64,000 nt of DNA from a virus (lineage: Duplodnaviria > Caudoviricetes): the IMG/VR virus record IMGVR_UViG_3300026311_000012, positions 35,912 to 99,911 of that record. The stretch is one strand, 5' to 3'. Shown piece by piece: positions 33,601 through 39,439 of the stretch. Each line of letters begins with the position of its first letter. The stretch's first letter is position 1. The notes under the pieces were generated by a model. It worked only from the letters and a program-made list of their open reading frames with translations. It was not told the DNA's origin and did no database searches. The translations under genes were made by a program, and so were the position numbers.

Positions 33601-35211
33601 TCCAGTAGCTTCTGCATCTTGAGCAGCTTCTTTAGTAGCTAAAAATTCTGCATGCTTTTTGAATAATTCTAATCCTCCTTCTGTTTGAATAAATGGATAT
33701 ATATATCTAGCATCCATTATATTTTTAAAATATTCAAATGCTTCTTCTTCTCCATTAGCTTTTAAAAGATCCATAAAGCGTGTAGTTTGCGCTTCATTTA
33801 ATTGATCTTTTGTGGCTTTAGCAAGCTTTTCTTTATCTACTACAAATTCTCCAGTATCTGGGTCTATAACAGGATTGCCATCTTTAATAACGGCAAAATC
33901 CTTCATAGTTGTATATCTATTTATATAATTACTTTTGAGTAATGAGTGATATTCGTTGGCTAACGTTTGTTCTGCTTTATTTCTACGAACTGTTTGAAAA
34001 GTAGACATGCCCCCACCAAGCAATCCTCCAAGTACTACAGACTTCCAAAACTCTGTACTTTCTTTATCTGATCCTAAAGCACGCTCTATATACTCACCAG
34101 CAACTTCATCTAAATCTTCAAGTGGATTAGATCCTTCTTGAGACATTTCAGAAACAACATTTTGTAAACCTTCTTCAAAAAATCCTTCAGACAATATACC
34201 AAGCCCTGTAGTTTTTCCAATCTTTGCAGCTTGTTCAAGTCTTGTTAATGGTCTTACAGCTTCTCTAATTTCACCAGTCTTAGTAAAAGATCTGGCAAGT
34301 ACACTTTCTGCAGCTTTAGATTTGCCTCTATTAAACCCATTAAATAACCATTTCTGTGTAAGAATATTTGGTCCAACTAATATAGCAATATTTGACTTAA
34401 ATGTATTTGCCCCAGCTTTACCAGCTAACTCTGGATCGTTATATTGAGCTAATGCATTTCTATAAGCTTCTTGTCCTTCATTAGCAGCTTCAAACGTAGT
34501 ATTAAGAGCTACAGCAGTCCAATCATCAATTGTTCCAGCTAATTTTTGAGACAGCTGAAAACCAGGTTTTAATGTTTTCCATAAGCCTTGCACAGCTTCT
34601 CCAGCTTTTAATCCTTTGACTAAAGCTCCAGGAGCAAGCATACCAACAAGAAAACCAACAGCATCAGCGCCTTCGTTTGCCCAAAATGCTGATGAGCCAA
34701 GATTTTTCCATAACCCACCATCAATAACAGATTGAGGAGTATAAACTGGTAATAACTTTTTAACTCCTTCTTCTGCATTCTCAACAGCAGCTATCCATCC
34801 ATTATTAAATGAACTACCAAAAGCATCAGGAGAAAATCCAGTCTCAGCCCATTCTGCAAATCCTGAAATATATCCAGGAAGAGACGCAGCTGAAGATAAT
34901 GCTTTTGTTGCAGCTCTAGGCAGAAAATAAGCCCATCTTTCTAAACCAGACTGATCTTGAGCTAGTTCTTCTTGTAAATCTCGACCACCTGTAGGAATAT
35001 ATTCCCCAACTCTCTTTTTAAATTCAGATAATGGTTGATCTGGAGTAACATAAGACGTTTGTCTATTTAGTCCAACTGAATATGCAGGAGAAGGAATATT
35101 TGCTGCTTTAGTATAAGCATCAAATGTTTTACCTTGATCTTTGGTTTGAGATTTAGACAGATCTTCTTTTTCTATTGGTTCTTGCCCAAGAATGTTATTA
35201 CTGTTAGCCAT
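21691..35211 (-). CDS. Giant virion-associated RNA polymerase polyprotein (4506 aa) with zincin-like domains
   Basis: RIP...SSDFDIDK catalytic motif (25342-25356); HEGWH (29326-29340) with downstream EEILAE; degenerate EEAAH (22240-22254); Gly/Ala-rich hydrophobic N-terminal helices. Confidence 0.9.
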   Translation of the reverse strand: MANSNNILGQEPIEKEDLSKSQTKDQGKTFDAYTKAANIPSPAYSVGLNRQTSYVTPDQPLSEFKKRVGEYIPTGGRDLQEELAQDQSGLERWAYFLPRAATKALSSAASLPGYISGFAEWAETGFSPDAFGSSFNNGWIAAVENAEEGVKKLLPVYTPQSVIDGGLWKNLGSSAFWANEGADAVGFLVGMLAPGALVKGLKAGEAVQGLWKTLKPGFQLSQKLAGTIDDWTAVALNTTFEAANEGQEAYRNALAQYNDPELAGKAGANTFKSNIAILVGPNILTQKWLFNGFNRGKSKAAESVLARSFTKTGEIREAVRPLTRLEQAAKIGKTTGLGILSEGFFEEGLQNVVSEMSQEGSNPLEDLDEVAGEYIERALGSDKESTEFWKSVVLGGLLGGGMSTFQTVRRNKAEQTLANEYHSLLKSNYINRYTTMKDFAVIKDGNPVIDPDTGEFVVDKEKLAKATKDQLNEAQTTRFMDLLKANGEEEAFEYFKNIMDARYIYPFIQTEGGLELFKKHAEFLATKEAAQDAEATGIDPGVVEQVKNDLIKKANRLQSIYDDIKDKNAITLRKSIKRNEADSDIFNEFVLETENAKISTKNTLEFILERIDILRNKLAKGSTKISSSETKANEKLISSLKEALDESKKNNNIDEQDIIVAERQIEELENYVEDYKIKSDELKDLYKTSVLQKAYDKKLEDKEKAKKLEEEENNKKQSAKATEGLSPELAKIYSDNVIHESLALTREEDLVTTDEDLRKNKIATHRGIISIPTAGGEEVFAKVGTKKSDGSLSLQIFNKIGEKYEATKNRASLNADGTITINGEKRITDFKAITTVKTAEEVREETQIQAVTTQYTNLIDITTELINKQKEKSASLQKRIIQISTNINNVITKYRDTLSEQEIELRKVRVGSKVEEVKTKRKRAAEEVVTRIIPIYKTIAEAREEINLIEASISKIEESIVVQEERLVKLNLNLQKVQNLSTTVLNSLNNTYFLLRDEIRKVKNDVSDIRTGLAGLRGTMRKLLFKLRSIHSDLIDVLGIPIDRDIPTTSKNNFKLEVNGKIYEYSRSGDKHLFKEESEEDFHTISKERYDNAYDSYYIGLEQLGLDAEGDVILKHIDKHPLALVDLITKTVTGVNKNDQFSDLLSDRKNVLEQISILNDIISTEESTLFEKNKIRDKLLNELVALRKFRSTFLSEYKKAIGDFFTLDDWLEKKLYDESLDKESVLEGKFGTLFKNTDGEIKHLFEEASLKVFDGTINSFLIPGTDQSAAVQNDQTAYWFAFVNNHAYKSSEYSIIAVSKKAAKELSFGDKLTFVDEEDIKYVAVKKGTLNPVMMDDSGKISDTGTHMAVTSMLLPKYEYTKKIDGETKSRFSFAKFMQKFATENPQATKEQIEKHIAAEKARVLKEYIALRKDIENSNVPFEFNIEYVTAGVKVTKDITEIDALEAFAVNNIAENATFVIEAVKPKATGEPIEEISKHKSSNSTFDLINGYLYIRYKNRFELIKPKTLAETGDVENILNLFKFVALHLNKTKDGKLTPEAEQAENVRKYLTTALYHNSSPASGFASQYRLFFRKDSKNGKYMGLVYGDTLISMEDLISGKADKSLSFFLSNKYWNFKKKAIEEKGKSFIEFKGRLDSKGNIKVTEKKHRNYLHFLFPNNVPAQKGVTPVSKGVVLLKPAPKDKTNHLALAKDPQYINQGLQLSKVVEKKPVEKKEIKKRSTEKIDLEKNKTLVEISFTDESGELINKYLILDKTQNKFGLIEDKYLEGFAPLGITKDDFVTADLWTASLRSILRAEDGTARITEDTTVGKYTFKFYSGEFSLAPQSVAPTTTKVDTEKKPVTWETESDTVRATYLDSAKGFVADPTDQKSVEAVAKKNYYKRREVNKDTTELERRATIYEEYEKENIEIAKAWLKKKFPNIPVEVIDGLIQNKAWGKVLISGKVLLSEVAQAGTAYHEGWHVYSQFFITASDRTALYEETRARLNNHKLSDKEVEEILAEDFRDFMMMGSTYKFNKITEVKKETIFRKILNFLKSIFGITGEEEIKTTLVEKAFKELRDNSFIDIVSKPKNSFFKIANLSSAAAQAFVEDINTRFLRYVVSDLESGDDIIMRLEESAKNIYNVIKSTYEEDVIKDENTYAEAILRNWDELVRKHSVFFTQYKADFREQLDEDDVLGRNRNDFIESASKNIKDEVPSPIRLLIGSLAETTNRNGEIVIERKEGFGTEVRVKFNKLMTAINNVAAGSSDVSDFYTNLIKLIPQYPSVKRLIRLLGNTIENGVAVPNEEMSKTQFELRNQMYHSFANNKTTPIIGIVGENGINYVYPVDENEIKVLKTDWINNAIAIAKSKSTKYIDEDFKIDKSLLFKDLSEALREKTTTKLKIVLEQLGMIVNPPYNTTSDNVYVQYGSRLKEELSRSDLGDIYINDFYNRDRIENQKELDAMLHDSTKDYINDSDLTHLTIKGNLEYGVSRGSHYHEVSDRINSYIESGEETVPKNLQHIVPLSKDGTGNLFTSHSKFYEAIQEAKRNKKAGNAYNKISVIKLLGVKSRKDDGTDLKDEEHFDYLMMTTDAILNNIIPVLRAGDRGPEYGIKFMPNEETITREMFIKALNDYLYDEVITSVALIRDADKFGGKYENYKENAKKLRVFSFLNKNIQPIEEFLAGKRGKTLDKIKEYTQSYLDTYSTEITEALNNYIDELMSNNLQELMEWKLINRVGDGKYKAQGISFETLKNLGISVSSDKTLNNSAINSLLMRHAYNYFIGSQEQLKIYLGDIAFFKNAKDFHKRITSHTSTRTKLPNDSSTIALANKYYPQAFGSHKQQINGIVWNEIIRYSSAYKNRKMSVADGQLWSTLEFARTIKIRQGLWNDNLENSYQYESQLLALTLLKEGNEDLLEAAERTREDIENMFYTGIFSEHTNQSIPDVPMFKGEKIMAKNRATITTIKPLGVGAEQNATNLFAPTIQKCSVAPLIPSILPRNSLKIYLSALANNIDVFGDSTVQKETYISSGKYGVITKESPINVTLFDDFGIQSDMNTEDKQRITKSTQMNRVLFVETHDKGQLLDKYKNTDVLSLRQEHKDIIAALTSGQIERLKKDFGLGITEDGNYYLENVDIFKESLINMVESRLMPDSVADGIVQVLDSESKSIDILITKKQVESMLMALPKKRAIAFKVNGEMYAQESSWIYSDNGEPVLDFGYDKGKPMEIMVPIPERWVEYVESIGGIDVLNKMIEEGKIDERILTFTANRIPTAAPNTLEAVRVKKFLPYHAGPRIILPYDIVIKTSSDFDIDKLFTYLNNVKITKKGLKYIEYLDDSNSTVEQRYEAYYDPELIKEDEILDRVSGIFKDLPIGSRQTMTLEEFKKLSIIQQNTQRAIENRFNEINYKMLMMPERKEILLRPHESTELKNIAEEIAKNRKKSELDKKEDNVNEDLQYLTEFWYNARKFKEFQASKSLVAYIASASSVNNKTQEFPIQINNPLLRLFFKEQEGGNYTNGHTVDTNGYPIYDNYGQFLVAAVDAVKDPYIFSLLSDNNIYSIYSFLNKTGTNKGVGLRTIAKFLNAPIIREYLRELSISNSIGYNNNTYSKKDSKGIYNSKATIISDLVKKYSSGKIKDIGKELLYNSFEKYIYSSSTDARGKAENEFNEKLEKLNYKYLSEADMDNPENAVQILDNFLIYQRAAMEEVRLQKYLRFDASAAFPKSITSMNSKLDGYFNLDSKIFNVSDIIKYNRESYLNAFLDTYYESGRMYQWSSYILSDETRRALFQKMMADVLNNPRNPSFNIRRDAKSMEKALTKVENDFYQYIYMTIKYNGDVNLQRTVYKKLLLGKDSIPNRFNALRKKGVLNPALVKILRPVINEFSNTTGKTRDNSYITTFTKRHDISEENDLTNAIEMMMNSSIEEIRKLGMGIYELGLIQNGLSDSPISYARYLPSSKYISEMDNYIIEFFNRPNVEELMLGFANQFGKVNSNDINFVPKHHKFAEKTKDGRLVISNQVEDKDGNIKMYLSRNVGARYVNVRIETPYAEYKAKTRFNRKVPVEHVLFEFVRMTDPDPKYNSPMAIYRRVNKLGDGFRFLEYYTDAVSPAEYYDTIGTFPDSPPSILTENDYINTKQKMSSVQISEDIGPNTNFNPTNVSEDTRNEDMKYVLDNIKDIKIYLGGSTEFTRQMSAALDWAKVKTNTGRYTIEHSKGKFVVDFKSGSLSGLSTDLFKLSDIRLLIGLGKLIETRGVTTVFDEIDNINAQFNEAKENYQLLNSDISEENVTELDNKMKDFLNKLNVTFEETKVLKNKFGDKTAIAISDLTNMTVKVLEGEMNIQTLPEEAAHFYVHLLDKTTGLYKSMMTNIVNHPIYGEVKEKYKDVYTTDEEFRTEAIGQVIAKQIINQYSANERLEQQAKTWWNILWNWIKNLFNKRISDPYAKVAYDILNNKIDELLVNTKEEITSDIEQVKQTNENIDEFSKEIDTLDMPSLLANFDTLFPNESWRNENEKIALLEATLYGHVEIACGI

Positions 35212-35224
35212 ATTATTAGTTAAT

Positions 35225-37171
35225 CTATACTTTTGCTAAATTGCTTAATCTATACATTAATTCATCAACAGAAGTGATCGCATTATCAATAGGTATTTCT
35301 ACACCTTCTCTATATATTCTGAATGTAGATTGCCCATAACTATCTACATCTTCCTTCCAAGATATCCCTTTTAATCCTTCAGATATTGTATTAGATAATT
35401 CTTCATCTGATTTATTGGCATAATTTGGATCTGATTTTATCATATCTTTTATATATTCGGTATACGTATTTTGAACATCTGTCGGTACTTGTGATGTTTT
35501 ACCTACACTATACTCTACTTCTGGGATCATATGTATATTTGAAAAATAAGCATCTGAAAGTAAAGATGGAGTATTAGTTGCTGCAGCAAGTTGTGCCCAA
35601 GCAGCATATCCTGATACTGCTGGATTCATTGTTACATTCAATACAGCACCTGATTTAACATCTCCTTTAACTAATCTTAAAATTGGAATTTTACCAGGAG
35701 ATTGAAGCATTGCTATAGTGAGATCTCCTTCGGCTTCTTTAAACTTTGTTAAGTCTTTTTCATCTATGATATCAGATTCACCTTCTGGTGTACTAACTGC
35801 ATATTGATTTATAATATTTTTTACAAAATCTACAACTTTTTCTGTATCAGATTTGGGTTGAATTGGAGGTACAAGTATGGCATATTCTCTAGTTAACCCT
35901 TTATTTAACTGTGAAGATATATCTTTTTTAACATTTGAGAAATCTGCATTATACCAAGAATTCATACTTTCTGATATTTTATCAGCCAGTTTCCCAGGAT
36001 TTGATATATTTTTAGACTTTAAATAATCAAATATAAAAGTTCTTGCTGAGACAGACTTTCCTGAAAAACTAAAAAATTCTTTAAGATTTCCTGTCCCCTG
36101 AGTTAAATACAAATCTGTTAAATTATTAAATAGATCATCTTGAACAGATTGAGGCAATCCTTGAGCAGCTTGAGCTAATGTAACTCGTCCTCTATTTATA
36201 ATTTCAATATTTTTTTCATTATTCAAAACATCTTTCTTAACAGCATCGTAATATTGAGATGTTTCATAATCTTGGGTTTTTTCGCCTTGGCGGGTATTCT
36301 TAAGTTTTTCAGGAGTTTTTATTCCATCATCTATAGTTATAGTTCCAATTGGAACCCAGGATTGAGGAACTTTGGTTTCTCTACCTCTACCTGTATCTAT
36401 ATCGGGTAATCTGAGTCTATCTTGTGACATTTTGCCCACTAACCCAGATTGCAATCCGCCAATGGCAACGCTTCTTAAAGTAGGATCATTTAAAAGATCC
36501 TCTGGTATGCCTGCTGTTTTTAATGCTTGAGACACCATATCTTGTCCTTCTTTACCAGAAAGAAAAGCATTCATTTCATTTGGATCAAGAAAACCTAATT
36601 GAGTTTGGTATTCTATTCCATATATTTGATTAGTTCTAGGATCAATTAAATTCTTTTCATAAGTTTTAGGATTAGCATTAGAATATTCTTCAGCAATTGT
36701 TCTGCCTATTGTAAATATATCTTTTGTATCTATAGGTCTATAATTATTAAGGGCTGTTTGATCTTCATATGTAGCTTTTACAGGATCATATACTGAATAA
36801 TACCCTGCTCCTATTCTACGTTTATCTTCTTCTGCAGCTTTAACCAATTCTTTTTTTCTCTCGTTATATGCCCAAAAATCATTTTTTCTAAGTTCACTTA
36901 TTTTTCTAGCCAACTCTTTAGCATATGAAGATGAAGCTCTATCATAATTATATTTCTTTTCTAGATCTGTCATAGTATTAGCAAAGCTTCCGAGTATCTC
37001 ATTTTTTCTTTGAGTATCTTCTGCAGTAATTGTTGGAATCATGGAGTATTGATCCTGAATCTCAAGTTCTCTTGCTAAATTTTGATCATATGCCTGTTGA
37101 TACTCAGAAAGCACTCCTTGGAGCGCTTGAGCATTTGTAGGTATGAATTGAGGAATGTATGATACTGGCAT
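35225..37171 (-). CDS. Putative virion cargo protein
   Basis: Lies between cargo genes and vRNAP; YIPQFIP N-terminus followed by coiled coil. Confidence 0.65.
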   Translation of the reverse strand: MPVSYIPQFIPTNAQALQGVLSEYQQAYDQNLARELEIQDQYSMIPTITAEDTQRKNEILGSFANTMTDLEKKYNYDRASSSYAKELARKISELRKNDFWAYNERKKELVKAAEEDKRRIGAGYYSVYDPVKATYEDQTALNNYRPIDTKDIFTIGRTIAEEYSNANPKTYEKNLIDPRTNQIYGIEYQTQLGFLDPNEMNAFLSGKEGQDMVSQALKTAGIPEDLLNDPTLRSVAIGGLQSGLVGKMSQDRLRLPDIDTGRGRETKVPQSWVPIGTITIDDGIKTPEKLKNTRQGEKTQDYETSQYYDAVKKDVLNNEKNIEIINRGRVTLAQAAQGLPQSVQDDLFNNLTDLYLTQGTGNLKEFFSFSGKSVSARTFIFDYLKSKNISNPGKLADKISESMNSWYNADFSNVKKDISSQLNKGLTREYAILVPPIQPKSDTEKVVDFVKNIINQYAVSTPEGESDIIDEKDLTKFKEAEGDLTIAMLQSPGKIPILRLVKGDVKSGAVLNVTMNPAVSGYAAWAQLAAATNTPSLLSDAYFSNIHMIPEVEYSVGKTSQVPTDVQNTYTEYIKDMIKSDPNYANKSDEELSNTISEGLKGISWKEDVDSYGQSTFRIYREGVEIPIDNAITSVDELMYRLSNLAKV

Positions 37172-37172
37172 A

Positions 37173-38123
37173 TTACCTGTTATTTAAAGAGTTTATATAT
37201 TCTCTATTTTGTATACTATAAGGATTACCAAACAAACTATTCATAAGCCTTTCTCTAAATGTAGCATTTGGATTATTTGTTTGATACAATCCGTAATCTT
37301 TGCCCATTTGCGACATCCACTGATCTTGTGACCTTTGTGCACGATAGTCCTGTAAGCCTTGAGGAACAGCTTGAAATGCAGCGTCTCTATATGCAGAAGC
37401 GTCATCTAAATATTTACTTCTTAATTGAGCATTAAACATTGATCCTCTAAGATCTGATTCAAGATTTGCTTGATTGGCAGATTGTCTCATTTGAGCGTTT
37501 ATATTTTCTTGTGTCATATATGACTGCCCAAGACCTGTACCAAGAGAATCATATATTGAACCAACTCCTGCTACTTGATTAGCATATGCAGCACCTGGAG
37601 AAGAAACATCTCTTGCGTTACGTAATGCTATGTTAGTAGCCGTAGAAGCATCTCTACGCATAGCCTCTCTTTGTGACTCTAATGATATTTGTTCTGGGGC
37701 TATTCTGGGAATATTTATTTGCTCAGTATCTGCTAATTTATTAGCCTTACTTGCTCCAATTATATTTCCTAAAAGAGATGACCCTGTTGAAATAAGAGAA
37801 GGAAGAATAGAAGAAGTAATAGGGCCATATTTTGAAGATGTAGCTCCAGCCAATCCAACTTTTGATAAATCCATATTCAATCTTGGGGCCTTTGCTGGAA
37901 GAAATGAAGATACGTTTGTTATTCCATCATATTGTTCTACTTCTTCAGATTGACCTTCTCCAACATCAATACCATTATCTGCTCTAAAAGACTCTTGTTC
38001 ATCTCTTAATTTACGCAGTTCTTCAATAAGCTCTTTTTTTTCAAGCTCATCATATTCTGCTCTTTTATATTTTTTCTTTAATCGTCTTGCTTCATCGGCA
38101 AAACTATATGTTTTTTTATTCAT
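37173..38123 (-). CDS. Putative cargo protein 1, C-terminal part
   Basis: SFADEARR start; Ala/Gln/Asn-rich helical body typical of ejection proteins. Confidence 0.65.
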   Translation of the reverse strand: MNKKTYSFADEARRLKKKYKRAEYDELEKKELIEELRKLRDEQESFRADNGIDVGEGQSEEVEQYDGITNVSSFLPAKAPRLNMDLSKVGLAGATSSKYGPITSSILPSLISTGSSLLGNIIGASKANKLADTEQINIPRIAPEQISLESQREAMRRDASTATNIALRNARDVSSPGAAYANQVAGVGSIYDSLGTGLGQSYMTQENINAQMRQSANQANLESDLRGSMFNAQLRSKYLDDASAYRDAAFQAVPQGLQDYRAQRSQDQWMSQMGKDYGLYQTNNPNATFRERLMNSLFGNPYSIQNREYINSLNNR

Positions 38124-38341
38124 ATTTACTCATTTTATGAAAAGTACAATAATCAAATGGTAACTTATCTGCCCAACTTCTTATATTTTCTTTTACGTTT
38201 TTAAACTTAACAAAATATTCATTAATTTGTGCTAGCTATATATACTCTATCATCAATATTATTTGATATTTTATAAACTCCTCTTTCAGAAAGTTGATCT
38301 AAAGTCTCACTTGTGTATTCTAATAATAATGTCTTTTTCAT
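38116..38341 (-). pseudogene. Internally deleted GIY-YIG homing endonuclease remnant
   Basis: 38341..38222 reads MKKTLLLEYTSETLDQLSERGVYKISNNIDDRVYIASTN*; a second frame continues NEYFVKFKNVKENIRSWADKLPFDYCTFHKMSKYE* to 38116. Confidence 0.75.
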
Positions 38342-39318
38342 CTTTTATTATATGGAATACGAGAACTAAATATGTAATCACCATCATCAAAATTTACTCT
38401 TATTTCTCCTTCCTCAACACGAGCTTTACCACCTACAGGTATACCTCCGTATGAGTTTTCCTCATGAGTACCACCACCTTTGTATTCAGTAAGCATGCTA
38501 TCTCCTTCTAAGCTATTCATAAACCCACCATCTGGAAAAAAACTAAGATCTGGAATGTTATCTAATTTACCACCTAATGCGTGTTTCCATTTACTAGCAT
38601 TTTTTGCAAAGTTAGCTTTTTTAACAACGGAAGATGAATACTTTTCTTTATTAGCCATTACTTTACTAGCTGCCTGTTGAACACTCATCCCATGTTTTTT
38701 TGCCCAAGCAGTAAATGATCCACGTTTCTCAGGTTTTATATAGATACCTCCATTCTTATATTCAAAGTACCCACCACTTTCCATTTTATTAAGCTCATCT
38801 GATATACCAGCTTCTTTTAATGCAGTATAATAACCAGGTGTTCCCGACATCTTTAAATAGTCTTTGATATGATCAGCTGCGATTCTTTGAGCTAATTTTT
38901 TATTTTTAGTATGCTCATATTCTACTTCTTCCCCCATAGCCATTTCTTGAGGAAACATTTTGAGATATTCTTTTGCTTCAGCTAATGTTGCATTTCCTTG
39001 TGGAAGTTTACCACCTTTTTTCATAGTTGGAATATTGGTAGTATTGGTTAGCCCTTGCAGTCGTTGCTGCGCTAACATATTGGTTCTATTAACTTCAATA
39101 TCTTCTTCAGCTTGCTTTTCAGCATCTGCTTGTACAGCAGAATCACCAAATCCACCTATACCTCCAGCTATCATCGGAAGTCCAGCTGCGGCACCAGCTC
39201 CAGTAGCAAGAAGTGCCACACCTCCTATGGTCTGTGCTATATTGCCTACATTTCGTTTTAACCAACTACCAAATGAGTATTCGTCAGTGTAAGTTGGTAA
39301 TATGTATTTGTCTTTCAT
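38338..39318 (-). CDS. Putative cargo protein 1, N-terminal part
   Basis: Gly/Ala-rich hydrophobic segment, repeated x-x-GG motifs, EYEHT...ADH (DUF5661-like), IKPEKRGSFT...KKANFAKNA..WKH, GGTHEEN..GG. Confidence 0.7.
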   Translation of the reverse strand: MKDKYILPTYTDEYSFGSWLKRNVGNIAQTIGGVALLATGAGAAAGLPMIAGGIGGFGDSAVQADAEKQAEEDIEVNRTNMLAQQRLQGLTNTTNIPTMKKGGKLPQGNATLAEAKEYLKMFPQEMAMGEEVEYEHTKNKKLAQRIAADHIKDYLKMSGTPGYYTALKEAGISDELNKMESGGYFEYKNGGIYIKPEKRGSFTAWAKKHGMSVQQAASKVMANKEKYSSSVVKKANFAKNASKWKHALGGKLDNIPDLSFFPDGGFMNSLEGDSMLTEYKGGGTHEENSYGGIPVGGKARVEEGEIRVNFDDGDYIFSSRIPYNKR

Positions 39319-39333
39319 ATCTATAAATAATCA

Positions 39334-39404
39334 CAAAATTACAATAATTATATAAAACAAACAAATATTTAGATTAAAATATAACCTATGTATAAACTTT
39401 ACTT
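39334..39404 (-). promoter_or_regulatory. Late promoter 1: Bacteroidota -33/-7 plus conserved upstream 17-bp box
   Basis: Minus strand AAGTAAAGTTTATACAT-N16-TAAATATTTG-N20-TAATTTTG upstream of the cargo genes. Confidence 0.85.
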
Positions 39405-39439
39405 GAATGAAATCTATGTTAATATTTTAGCCTAACTAT

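Noticed and set aside
38124-38337. Group I intron in the cargo gene gap
   Set aside because: The gap is fully accounted for by endonuclease remnant coding sequence, I see no intron core pairings, and both flanks have their own stop/start.
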